The notes beneath the pieces were generated by a model that worked only from the letters and a program-made list of their open reading frames with translations, did not search any database and had not been told where the DNA came from. Both the position numbers and the translations under genes were made by a program. A stretch of DNA of 64,000 nucleotides, from the NCBI GenBank assembly GCA_050250375.1, contig JBFWOS010000002.1:374345-438344 (forward strand). Reading direction: 5' to 3'. The DNA comes from Candidatus Omnitrophota bacterium. GTDB taxonomy: Bacteria > Omnitrophota > Gorgyraeia > Zapsychrales > Zapsychraceae. This document shows, one piece after another, positions 19,583 to 28,397 of the stretch. Numbering within the stretch: position 1 is the first letter of the stretch; each line of letters begins with the position of its first letter.

Positions 19583-20608
19583 ATGACCGATAATAAATCC
19601 CGAAAATTAGCGCAACAATTAATTATCAAAGACAAGTGGTGGGACATGCTTTCACGGTTTATCGATGTCCTGCGGATTAATATTTATATTGTCGACCGGG
19701 CCGGTAAAATTATCCTCCCTCCGGAGGAGAGCAAATACGGCGGACGGTTGTTGGCCCATCCGGAGCTGGGCTTCGATATTTTCAAGGAAGGGGACCAGTT
19801 TGAGGCCCAGTTTGTGCACCACACCCACTACCTTGAAACCGTGAACCGGTATGATTTGTTCAGTTACGCGATTCCGCTCAAGACCACCGCGCAGGAAATG
19901 ATTGCGTATGTCATGGTCGGGCCGATCATCCTTAACAAGCGATTGGAGATAAGTGAATATGTAAATCAGGCCAAGTTGATCGGTGCCAATGAGGACGACG
20001 TTCTTAATGAAGTCAACGAAATCCGGGTCGTGTCCAATATCATGATGAACTCGATTATCAATCTGCTTACCGAAATTGTCCGGGACAGCATTGAAATCAA
20101 TTCACTCAACGAGTCGACAATGACTGAAAATACGGTCTCCCAGAAGATGTGGGAAAAAGAGTTTGAAACGATTGCCAATGAGATTTATTCGACGGTGCGG
20201 GTAGACGAACTGTTGATCACCCTGCTGGATGTGGCTTTGAAAATGACTGATACGGAGTGCGGTTCGGTCATGATGCTCGACCGTAACACCAATGAATTGA
20301 CCATCAAGGCGTCCAAGGGCCTGAATGATCTTAAGATTCAGGGGATCCGTGTCAAGGTTGGAGACGGGATCGCCGGACTGGTGGCCAAGGTCAAGGCCCC
20401 GCTCATCATTGATGGCGGAAATCCGGATAACCGTGTCGCCCATATGTTGACCCGGCCGGAGATTCGAAAAGCTTTAGTCATGCCATTGGTTTCCAAAAAC
20501 CGCTGTTATGGAATTCTGAATCTGCACACCAACGGGGCGAATGACAAGATTGTTGAAAATCTTGATAATCTCCAATATCTGACCCAGTTATTATCCTCAG
20601 CGTTTTAA
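19583..20608 (+). CDS. GAF domain-containing protein
   Basis: C-terminal GAF-like region (TECGSVMMLD...GIAGLVA); no output domain. Confidence 0.5.
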   Translation: MTDNKSRKLAQQLIIKDKWWDMLSRFIDVLRINIYIVDRAGKIILPPEESKYGGRLLAHPELGFDIFKEGDQFEAQFVHHTHYLETVNRYDLFSYAIPLKTTAQEMIAYVMVGPIILNKRLEISEYVNQAKLIGANEDDVLNEVNEIRVVSNIMMNSIINLLTEIVRDSIEINSLNESTMTENTVSQKMWEKEFETIANEIYSTVRVDELLITLLDVALKMTDTECGSVMMLDRNTNELTIKASKGLNDLKIQGIRVKVGDGIAGLVAKVKAPLIIDGGNPDNRVAHMLTRPEIRKALVMPLVSKNRCYGILNLHTNGANDKIVENLDNLQYLTQLLSSAF

Positions 20609-20693
20609 AAGATTTTGTATCCCTTGAAGCGGATGATATACTTTCCACATGTTATATTTTGGCAATTTATTGATACTAAATAATCTGTAAAAT

Positions 20694-21719
20694 ATGAAAA
20701 AGACAATCTTAGTGGTGGGCGGGGCTGGTTATATCGGTTCGCATGCTTTTGTCGAACTCCTGAATTCAGGGTATGACGCGGCTGTGATTGATAACTTCTC
20801 AAACGCCGAACATAAAGTGATCGGCCGGCTCAAAGAATTGACGGATACGGATGTCAGGCTTTACGAAGGCGATTGCAACGACCGGGCCTTTATGGATCAG
20901 GTTTTCCGTAAGGAGGCAGGCGTGTGCGGGGTGATCCATTTCGCGGCGTTTAAAGCGGTCGGCGAGTCCGTTAGGGATCCTCTGAAATATTACCAGAATA
21001 ATATCGGGTCCACGCTAGTCCTGCTGGATACGATGATCCGGCACCAGGTCGAACTGTTCGTTTTTTCATCGTCTTGCACCGTCTACGGACAGCCGGATCA
21101 ATTGCCGGTGACCGAATTAACGCCGAAAAAGCAGGCGCAGTCTCCGTACGGGAATACCAAAAGAATTTGCGAGGAAATCATCGAAGATTGTGTGACGAGC
21201 GGGGCGCCCATCAAGGCCGTCATGCTGAGGTATTTCAATCCCATCGGTGCTCATCCTTCAGCACTGATCGGCGAGTTACCGCTGGGTGTGCCGAATAACC
21301 TTGTTCCGTTCGTGACCCAGACCGTCGCCGGGATCAGGGAAAAACTAACGGTTTTTGGCAATGATTACAAGACTCCGGACGGCACCTGTGTTCGGGATTA
21401 TATTCATGTGGTTGATCTGGCCAAGGCTCATGTCAAGGCTCTGGATTTTCTGTTAACGGTTAAAGAGAAGAATCATTTTGATTTAATTAATGTCGGGACC
21501 GGGAAGGGGAACAGCGTTATGGAAGTGATCAAGACTTTTGAAAGGGTTACAGGGAAGAAAGTGAATCATGAAATCGGCCCCAGACGGGACGGCGACGTTG
21601 AGGCGGTCTATGCAAACGCGGACAAGGCCAAGGCTGTTATCGGTTGGGAAGCCGGGCTTACCCTGGAAGATGCATTAAAAGACGCCTGGAATTGGCAAAA
21701 AAGTCTGAAACAGTCCTAG
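20694..21719 (+). CDS. galE: UDP-glucose 4-epimerase
   Basis: N-terminal VVGGAGYIGSH Rossmann motif, YxxxK, and full-length similarity to GalE. Confidence 0.85.
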   Translation: MKKTILVVGGAGYIGSHAFVELLNSGYDAAVIDNFSNAEHKVIGRLKELTDTDVRLYEGDCNDRAFMDQVFRKEAGVCGVIHFAAFKAVGESVRDPLKYYQNNIGSTLVLLDTMIRHQVELFVFSSSCTVYGQPDQLPVTELTPKKQAQSPYGNTKRICEEIIEDCVTSGAPIKAVMLRYFNPIGAHPSALIGELPLGVPNNLVPFVTQTVAGIREKLTVFGNDYKTPDGTCVRDYIHVVDLAKAHVKALDFLLTVKEKNHFDLINVGTGKGNSVMEVIKTFERVTGKKVNHEIGPRRDGDVEAVYANADKAKAVIGWEAGLTLEDALKDAWNWQKSLKQS

Positions 21720-21727
21720 GAGATTAT

Positions 21728-22699
21728 ATGAAAACAGTTTTATTGACCGGAGCGGCCGGATTTATAGGATCCAAAACGGCAGAATTCTTGCTGGCCGATA
21801 AAATCAGGGTCGTCGGCCTTGATAATTTGAATGACTACTACGATGTGAAGATCAAGCAGCACCGCTTAAGGTCTCTTAGAGGTCATAAGAATTTTATATT
21901 CCATAAAGGGGATATAGAGAACCAGACGGTCTTAAAGAAAATATTTAAGCAATATAAATTTGATGCGGTGGTTAATCTGGCGGCCCGCGCCGGTGTCCGC
22001 TACAGCATGATCAATCCCTATGTGTATTTTTCGACGAATACCCAGGGGACGCTGAATTTGCTTGAGCTGTGCAAGGATTTTAAGATCAACAAATTTGTTC
22101 TGGCGTCAACGTCTTCTCTATATGCGGGGCAGAAAATGCCCTTTACCGAAAAATTGGCGGTCAATACGCCCATTTCTTCCTATGCCGCCAGCAAGAAGGC
22201 GGCTGAAGTGACGTGTTACACCTACCATTATTTATACGGGATTGATGTGACGATCCTGCGGTATTTCACGGTCTACGGACCAGCCGGCCGCCCTGATATG
22301 TGTATGTTCCGGTTCATTAAGTGGATTGATGAGGGTAAGCCGATTGAACTATTTGGTGATGGTTCGCAAAGCCGTGATTTTACCTATGTGGATGATATCG
22401 CCAAGGGCACGATTAAGGCGATGCGCAAGGTCGGCTTTGAGGTGATCAATCTTGGGGGCGGTAACAAACCTTACAAATTAACCTATATTATAAAGCTGAT
22501 CGAAAAGTATTTGGGAAAAAAAGTGAAGATCAGGCATTTCGATTTTCATAAAACGGATCTGAGGGCAACATGGGCCAATATTCACAAGGCCAAACAAATT
22601 CTGAAATGGGAGCCCAAAATAGGTCTGGAAGAAGGGGTCAGGCGTTGTGTGCAATGGTACGTGGACAACAAAAGCTGGGTAAAAGACGTCAAACTATAA
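21728..22699 (+). CDS. NAD-dependent nucleotide-sugar epimerase (UDP-glucuronate 4-epimerase-like)
   Basis: TGAAGFIGS Rossmann motif, YAASKKAAE catalytic YxxxK, and DVTILRYFTVYGPAGRPDM. ATG at 21728 is preceded by GGAG; the ORF-track start at 21644 overlaps galE. Confidence 0.8.
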   Translation: MKTVLLTGAAGFIGSKTAEFLLADKIRVVGLDNLNDYYDVKIKQHRLRSLRGHKNFIFHKGDIENQTVLKKIFKQYKFDAVVNLAARAGVRYSMINPYVYFSTNTQGTLNLLELCKDFKINKFVLASTSSLYAGQKMPFTEKLAVNTPISSYAASKKAAEVTCYTYHYLYGIDVTILRYFTVYGPAGRPDMCMFRFIKWIDEGKPIELFGDGSQSRDFTYVDDIAKGTIKAMRKVGFEVINLGGGNKPYKLTYIIKLIEKYLGKKVKIRHFDFHKTDLRATWANIHKAKQILKWEPKIGLEEGVRRCVQWYVDNKSWVKDVKL

Positions 22700-23529
22700 A
22701 ATGGTATTTAATTTTCCTCCTGACGGCGGCTTCGTTATTCCTTCCGCTGTTTTCCTCCGGGGTCGTTGAATCTAAAGAGCGGCCGGACTCCATTTATCCT
22801 CCGTTAATTGATGCTGTGATTCTTCGGTTAAAACAATCCTACGGAATTCAGTTTTGTTATTATGGAATCGACAAGGCCGGATTCAAAGATGGCGATATGG
22901 CCTTTGAAGAAGCCGATATGTCTGATTATAAAAGGCTGTACCGGTATATCCAGATTTTTGACGAAGAGATTCAAAAGTACCCGGCCGATTTTTTTCGACA
23001 GGAGAATTTGAAAGAAATCTATTTTGTAAAGAGGTTGTTTCATAAGGAAAACAACGCGGAAGGTCTCTATGACTATCGAAAGAAAATTATCTTTTTTGAT
23101 TTTGCGAGCCAAGGGGGAGGGATGCTGGTTGCGAGGCACAATATTCATCATGAGATATTTCATGCGCTTGATACCAATACGTTTAACTGGAAGGAGCAGG
23201 ATTGGGAGGATCTGAATGAGCCGGATTTTGAGTATGTTAAAACCGGAAAGGTTTTTATCGGTGGTGAAAAAAATGAATCCAATTATTTTGCTCCCCACCG
23301 AAAAGGGTTTGTTACTTATTACGCGATGAAGTCTGCTTACGAAGACAAGGCGGAGGTGTTTGCCTGTCTTTTTATCAAATCTCAAAATCGTTTAATCCAC
23401 CGGTGGGCGTTAAACGATCCTATCCTTGAGAAAAAAATCCAGGCCATCAAGCGGTTCCTGAAAGAGTATTCACAGGGGCAGATTGATGAGTTGTATTTTG
23501 AAAAACTCTGGAAAAATTTCACCAAATAA
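22654..23529 (+). CDS. secreted hypothetical protein with HExxH motif (possible zinc-dependent hydrolase)
   Basis: Signal-peptide-like KWYLIFLLTAASLFLPLFSS and a HEIFHALD motif. Start is uncertain: the chosen ATG overlaps the epimerase 3' end by 46 nt. Confidence 0.4.
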   Translation: MVRGQQKLGKRRQTIKWYLIFLLTAASLFLPLFSSGVVESKERPDSIYPPLIDAVILRLKQSYGIQFCYYGIDKAGFKDGDMAFEEADMSDYKRLYRYIQIFDEEIQKYPADFFRQENLKEIYFVKRLFHKENNAEGLYDYRKKIIFFDFASQGGGMLVARHNIHHEIFHALDTNTFNWKEQDWEDLNEPDFEYVKTGKVFIGGEKNESNYFAPHRKGFVTYYAMKSAYEDKAEVFACLFIKSQNRLIHRWALNDPILEKKIQAIKRFLKEYSQGQIDELYFEKLWKNFTK

Positions 23530-23669
23530 CAGTCAGGTTGTTCGTTAAAAAATCATAAAAAGATGTTAACATCTCTTAATGCCATATTATAATAAGCACA
23601 TGCTCATAATAAACGCCATGTTAATGTGAGCATTTGATTAAAATAATATTACGTTTAAAAGGTGCCAGC

Positions 23670-24047
23670 ATGAAAAAAGGCCGCCGGAAAAAAGTTCGTT
23701 ATATCCAGCAAATGCCTCAGGTTTCTCAGTTCTCGCCCCGCGGCAAGCCGGGTCGTCCGGATGAAGTCGAATTAAAAGTTGATGAATTCGAGGCGATCAA
23801 GCTTGCCGATTACCAGGGATATGATCAATCTGAAGGCGCTCAGGCTATGGGTATTTCCCGGGCCAGTTTTGGGCGCATCTTGCGGAGCGCCCGTAAAGTT
23901 CTGGCAACCGCGATGGTTGACGGTAAGATTATTCGTATCCGTATCGGTGATGTGCAGGTTGGCGTTCGTCAAAAGAATCTTCCGGTCAAAGATAAGTCTG
24001 CTTCTGATGTTCAAAAGGCCGAGCAAACCCTAAGAGATATATTCTAA
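23670..24047 (+). CDS. DUF134 (UPF0251) family putative DNA-binding protein
   Basis: RRKKVRY...FSPRGKPGRP...EAIKLADYQGYDQSEGAQAMGISRASFGRILRSARKVLA matches the DUF134 signature (sigma-70 region-4-like HTH). AAAAGGTG RBS is present. Confidence 0.6.
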   Translation: MKKGRRKKVRYIQQMPQVSQFSPRGKPGRPDEVELKVDEFEAIKLADYQGYDQSEGAQAMGISRASFGRILRSARKVLATAMVDGKIIRIRIGDVQVGVRQKNLPVKDKSASDVQKAEQTLRDIF

Positions 24048-24301
24048 AGTACGATAAAAGCGCCCAAGGCCAAGGTGGTTCCTTATAAGCTTTGATGCTT
24101 TTGACTGCGTTTTTATTTTTCTACAAACTTCCTATAATACATCTTATGTTAACTAGATTATATATAAAACCCTGATTTATTGGGACTTTGCGGAAGTTTG
24201 GTTTGTTTTTATTTAGTGAGTTTTGGCTGGTTAAAAGGATAAAAAAACTTATCCGAAGAATTTACGGGCTTCCAGATTTCATCTGCTTTTAATCTTCTGT
24301 A

Positions 24302-24712
24302 TTATTTAAACGAAACGAATTCCGGCTCCTTCTGGTGCGGGGTCATGGCTTCAGCCGTTTCGATATCAATTTCCAGCAGGATAAAATTCGGGTCATCGAT
24401 TCCCCCGAAATATTGTTTTAACATGGGAATCGTATCCCATAAAAGCTGTTTGTTTTCTTTATTGGTTGTTATCTTTCCCTTGCCGGCCAGGCGGGCATAC
24501 CACATTTTTCGGTCCACAAAACAAATCTCAACCTGGGGGTTTTTCTCAATCTGTTTGATTGTCCTTGACCGGCCTAACAGGGCGACCAGCAGCTGGTCAT
24601 GGTCGGTTAAGAAAGGCATCATGGGCCGGACACGCGGCTGGTTCCCTTCCATCGTTGCTAAAAGACCGAAACCGGTATCTCTGATTAGATCAATCACATC
24701 ATCTTTTGTCAT
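24302..24712 (-). CDS. pyridoxamine 5'-phosphate oxidase-like FMN-binding protein
   Basis: 136 aa with a split-barrel PNPOx-like pattern (LLATMEGNQPRVRPM). Confidence 0.55.
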   Translation of the reverse strand: MTKDDVIDLIRDTGFGLLATMEGNQPRVRPMMPFLTDHDQLLVALLGRSRTIKQIEKNPQVEICFVDRKMWYARLAGKGKITTNKENKQLLWDTIPMLKQYFGGIDDPNFILLEIDIETAEAMTPHQKEPEFVSFK

Positions 24713-24753
24713 GTCTGAACCCTTTCTTTTTAAAAAGTGTACCGAATGATTTG

Positions 24754-25578
24754 TTAACTGGGCGATAAAATTCCCTTAATTTTTTCTTTGAATTTATCCG
24801 TATCTAACTGGTTTTGATTGGAGATTCTCACAATTTCGGCCGCGATGGAGACCGCAATTTCTGCCGGTGATTGCGCGCCGATATCAATACCGGCCGGGAT
24901 GTTGATCCTTTTTAACGATTTTTGCGTTACTCCGGCATCTTTAAGCCGTTTAAAAAATTTGATTCGTTTGGCTTTGCTGGATATGACGCCTATGTAACCG
25001 GCCTTTGAGTTGATCGCGATTTCCAGGCATTCATAATCAAACTCATTGCCCTGGGTCACAATCATGATATAGGTATTCTGATCGATTTTGCATTGTTTTA
25101 GTTTGTCTTTATAGTTTCCGGAAAAAACCTGATCAACGTGGATGAGCTTTTTTTTATTCGCAAATTCTTTTCGGTTGTCGATGACCGTCACATGGAAATC
25201 CAGGATTTTACAAATCATCGAGAATGGCAGTCCGATATGGCCGGCCCCGCAAAGGATCAGTTTGTTTTGCTGGGTAAAAGGTTCAATAAATACTTTGATT
25301 TGACCGCCGCAAACAGACTGGCCCTTTTGTCCGAAATAGTCATACGTAACCAGTTTTGGTTTTTTTGATTTTATGGCATCCAGGCATTGCTGCTGGGCGT
25401 CTTTTTCATTGCGCCCGCCGCCGATTGATCCAAAGGAAGTCCCGTCTTCCAGGACCACCATCTTTGCTCCGGCCTTGCGTGGTGTTCCTTTCAGGGTGCT
25501 TTCGATGATTGTGGCGAAAGCAAACATCTGGCCATTCTTTTCAGCAGTTAATGCCCGGCTGAGCAGTTCATGGTCCAT
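24754..25578 (-). CDS. xdhC: XdhC/CoxI-family molybdenum-hydroxylase accessory protein
   Basis: N-terminal XdhC_CoxI domain and C-terminal Rossmann-like domain (LILCGAGHIG). Confidence 0.75.
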   Translation of the reverse strand: MDHELLSRALTAEKNGQMFAFATIIESTLKGTPRKAGAKMVVLEDGTSFGSIGGGRNEKDAQQQCLDAIKSKKPKLVTYDYFGQKGQSVCGGQIKVFIEPFTQQNKLILCGAGHIGLPFSMICKILDFHVTVIDNRKEFANKKKLIHVDQVFSGNYKDKLKQCKIDQNTYIMIVTQGNEFDYECLEIAINSKAGYIGVISSKAKRIKFFKRLKDAGVTQKSLKRINIPAGIDIGAQSPAEIAVSIAAEIVRISNQNQLDTDKFKEKIKGILSPS

Positions 25579-25579
25579 C

Positions 25580-26143
25580 TTAATTGCTTACGACATAGGC
25601 ATTGAGGATTTTTTGTTCTTCAATCGGACGGTCACCTGGACCCGTCGGTGTCTGTTCAATGGCGCCAACAACGGTAATTCCTGATACAACCTCGCCGAAA
25701 ATGGTGTGTTTCATATTGAGCCACTGGGTCGCGGCGGTCGTGATGAAGAACTGTGAACCGTTTGTGTTGGGGCCGGCATTCGCCATGGCCAGCAATCCGG
25801 GACGGTCAAAGGTTAGGGCCGGGGACACTTCGTCTGCAAACTTACCGCCCCAGATACTTTCTCCTCCCCGTCCGGTACCGGTTGGATCTCCTCCCTGAAT
25901 CATGAAATTAGGGATAACCCGGTGAAAGATAAGCCCATTATAGTAGCCGTTGTTGATATGTCCGATGAAGTTTTCACAGGTTTTCGGGGTAATATCACAA
26001 AATAAATTGATTTCGATGTCTCCCTGGTTTGTTTGCAGGACAACGGTTGTTGGGGCCATTTGGGCGGTTCCTTTGTTTGCGGTTAATACGAGGATTGAGA
26101 TTAAAGCGATTAAACAAATAAATAGACTGATAATTTTTTTCAT
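25580..26143 (-). CDS. secreted cyclophilin-type peptidyl-prolyl cis-trans isomerase
   Basis: Signal peptide; FHRVIPNFMIQGGD and GPNTNGSQFFIT cyclophilin motifs. Confidence 0.88.
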   Translation of the reverse strand: MKKIISLFICLIALISILVLTANKGTAQMAPTTVVLQTNQGDIEINLFCDITPKTCENFIGHINNGYYNGLIFHRVIPNFMIQGGDPTGTGRGGESIWGGKFADEVSPALTFDRPGLLAMANAGPNTNGSQFFITTAATQWLNMKHTIFGEVVSGITVVGAIEQTPTGPGDRPIEEQKILNAYVVSN

Positions 26144-26286
26144 TTTTTGTCCTTTTTTAGTCTTAGAATGTGCCGGTGATTTTATTGATTTTTATGACAA
26201 TCCTGAATTCGTCAAATATTTTAAACAAAAAGATTTTACCACAGCATACTTCGTGGGGGAACTATCTTTTTTGACGGCATTGAGGT

Positions 26287-27318
26287 TTACGTTTCTTTGG
26301 CTGAATCATCGTTTCGCAGGGAATCCGGGGTTGTTGAATCCGGTTTTTTCATGCGGTCCATTTCCAGATTTTTTTCCAGGATGGCCTCTTCCAGATCGGC
26401 CGCCTTATCTTTCAATTGTTCGGCTTGTATTTTTTGCTGTTCTGTCTCCATCCGGGCGTTTTTCAAGGAAAATTGAAGTTCTTTAGCCCGGTCTTTGACT
26501 TCTTTAATTTCACTTTCAAGGATCGCTTTGAGTTTAAAAAAATCTTCCCGGTTTTTTAGTTCATTCGTTAATTGATCTTCTGCCTGAGCCAGTTTCCGGC
26601 TGTTTTCGTGGAATAACGCCTCTAATTTTTCATATTTGTTTTTCCATTCCTCCAGATGGGCGGAAGATTCCTGTTCACGTTTGGCCGAGGATGAGTTTTG
26701 TTCGCCGGCGTCATCGTAATGCGTCGTTGTCAGTGAAGCCGTACCGGTTCCGGCGGGTTCATTCCGGTTATTTATGTTTTCTTTGGCGGACAGCGTTTCA
26801 TCATTGGATGGCGGCTTGGATTTCTTTGTCAGATTGGCAAATTTCGTGGCTTGCGGGATGTCATCCTGTGGATTAACTCTTTTCTTTCCGAAAGTCAGTT
26901 TCATGGACAGCTTATCCATAAAACTATTCGATTTCTTCGGTTCAGGCTGTTCCGGATCGTTTGCAGCAGGTGTAATTTTAAGCAGTCGACTCTCCATATC
27001 CGTTGGGGGCTTCTTTCCAAAAAACTTTTTAATGAATGGATTATTTCGTGTGGATGATTGATTCGTTGTTTGATTTTTGATCGGGGCTAATTTTGTTTGA
27101 TTAATGGCGTTTGTCTTTTGAGCCGGGGGTGCAGTAACGGCAGACAATTTTCTTTTGGGATGGGCGATTTTACCGGTCACATCGAAATGTTTCAGGTCTT
27201 CCGGGGCAATTTTCTCAATTTGATTTTGGTCAGAATCATTTTTCATCAGCCACAGCACATAACCGATGCCGCACAGACTGACACCTACGACCGTACAATA
27301 TATATAAAATAAAGGCAA
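26287..27318 (-). CDS. membrane-anchored low-complexity / coiled-coil protein
   Basis: N-terminal TM, Lys/Pro-rich linker, and C-terminal heptad-rich Glu/Lys segment. Confidence 0.45.
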   Translation of the reverse strand: MPLFYIYCTVVGVSLCGIGYVLWLMKNDSDQNQIEKIAPEDLKHFDVTGKIAHPKRKLSAVTAPPAQKTNAINQTKLAPIKNQTTNQSSTRNNPFIKKFFGKKPPTDMESRLLKITPAANDPEQPEPKKSNSFMDKLSMKLTFGKKRVNPQDDIPQATKFANLTKKSKPPSNDETLSAKENINNRNEPAGTGTASLTTTHYDDAGEQNSSSAKREQESSAHLEEWKNKYEKLEALFHENSRKLAQAEDQLTNELKNREDFFKLKAILESEIKEVKDRAKELQFSLKNARMETEQQKIQAEQLKDKAADLEEAILEKNLEMDRMKKPDSTTPDSLRNDDSAKET

Positions 27319-27379
27319 GGATTCCCTCCTGTTTAAAAGATACCCTCCCCCCTACCGTTAAATGGCCGAAATTGGGGGA

Positions 27380-27409
27380 TTGACAATTCTGTAAACCTAA
27401 ATGTATAAT
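27380..27409 (+). promoter_or_regulatory. sigma-70-type promoter TTGACA-N18-TATAAT
   Basis: Near-consensus -35 and -10 hexamers directly before the mocA-like gene. The ORF-track ATG at 27401 lies inside the -10 box. Confidence 0.5.
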
Positions 27410-27415
27410 TGGGTT

Positions 27416-28006
27416 ATGTTATCATGCCTCTTGTTAGCCGCTGGTCAAAGCCAACGTTTCGGATCACCCAAGGCCCTAGTCAAATTTAAAGACCAACTCA
27501 TTATTCAGCGGTTGCAGCAAACAATCCTTGATGCCAAAATTGACGAGTTGATTATTGTGTTAGGTGCCCATGCTCAGGAGATTGAACCTTTCCTATTAAA
27601 ACACAGTCAAGTTCAGTTTGTCTACAACAAAGATTATAATTTTGGCCAAACGTCCTCATTTATCAAAGGGTTAGAGAAAATAAATAAATTATCACAGGGA
27701 ATCGTTTTGTTGCCGGTGGATTATCCCTGGGTGGCTTCGGACACGATTACTGCGCTCAGGGAAGAATTCTATCGGCATTCCCGAAAAATAATTATTCCTG
27801 TCCATAACGGAAAAAAAGGACACCCCCCCATCTTTCCGATCCGGTTAAAGGATCAATTTCTAAAACTGGATTATTCACAAGGGATTAATTCGGTTTTCCG
27901 GGACGCTGGTAATGAAATTAATTTGTTTCCGGTAGACGATCCAGGGGTCATTCAGACATTCAATACCCGCGCGGAATTTGAAAAAATTACGGCAGAATTT
28001 AAGTGA
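27416..28006 (+). CDS. MobA/MocA-like molybdenum cofactor nucleotidyltransferase
   Basis: N-terminus LLAAGQSQRFGSPKAL, the MobA-type LAAGxSxRMG motif; lies next to Mo-hydroxylase genes. Start 27416 is chosen because 27401 is inside the promoter -10; the mRNA is possibly leaderless. Confidence 0.72.
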   Translation: MLSCLLLAAGQSQRFGSPKALVKFKDQLIIQRLQQTILDAKIDELIIVLGAHAQEIEPFLLKHSQVQFVYNKDYNFGQTSSFIKGLEKINKLSQGIVLLPVDYPWVASDTITALREEFYRHSRKIIIPVHNGKKGHPPIFPIRLKDQFLKLDYSQGINSVFRDAGNEINLFPVDDPGVIQTFNTRAEFEKITAEFK

Positions 28007-28019
28007 TTCCAAATTCAAA

Positions 28020-28397
28020 CTATTTTAAGACAACGACTGTCCCTTTAAAATTGGCGCGGACGTAGGCGTTACCGACAAATTGCTGGGCCGGAAGGCTTTT
28101 CCATTCTCCGGTCGCGTCGGACTGAATATTGATGACCGCATCGCCTCCCAAGATGGCCGCTTCGCGTTTCATACGTTCGACCACTTCACTTAAACTTTGT
28201 CTTCGCTCCGCGTTCACGGTCACATAGCCGATGACTTCGTGCGGCTGGGTGGCCTCCGGCATGTACTGGATATCCTTAGTTGATGATTTGGAAGGATAAT
28301 AGTTCAGAGTCGTATCTTCTGAAGAAACTTTATACAGGCTGCAGGCGGATGTAACAACGATTAAGGATAGAAGTAAAAAGATGTGATTGGTTTTCAT
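28020..28397 (-). CDS. small lipoprotein, function unknown
   Basis: Signal peptide with a lipobox-like VVTSAC. Confidence 0.4.
   Translation of the reverse strand: MKTNHIFLLLSLIVVTSACSLYKVSSEDTTLNYYPSKSSTKDIQYMPEATQPHEVIGYVTVNAERRQSLSEVVERMKREAAILGGDAVINIQSDATGEWKSLPAQQFVGNAYVRANFKGTVVVLK

Noticed and set aside
22570-22653. N-terminal 28-aa extension of the HExxH ORF
   Set aside because: It would overlap the epimerase gene by 130 nt with no RBS, so an internal start was preferred. The start remains uncertain.
23548-23575. Terminator after the 23529 gene (AGATGTTAACATCT palindrome)
   Set aside because: The perfect palindrome has no loop and no downstream T-tract. It is more likely a protein-binding site, or nothing.
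24345-24749. 134-aa plus-strand ORF antisense to the PNPOx-like gene
   Set aside because: It is a shadow ORF. The minus-strand frame has the recognisable domain pattern.
27401-27403. ATG at 27401 as the mocA start
   Set aside because: The ATG lies inside the TATAAT -10 hexamer of a near-consensus promoter. The in-frame ATG at 27416 gives the canonical MobA N-terminus.
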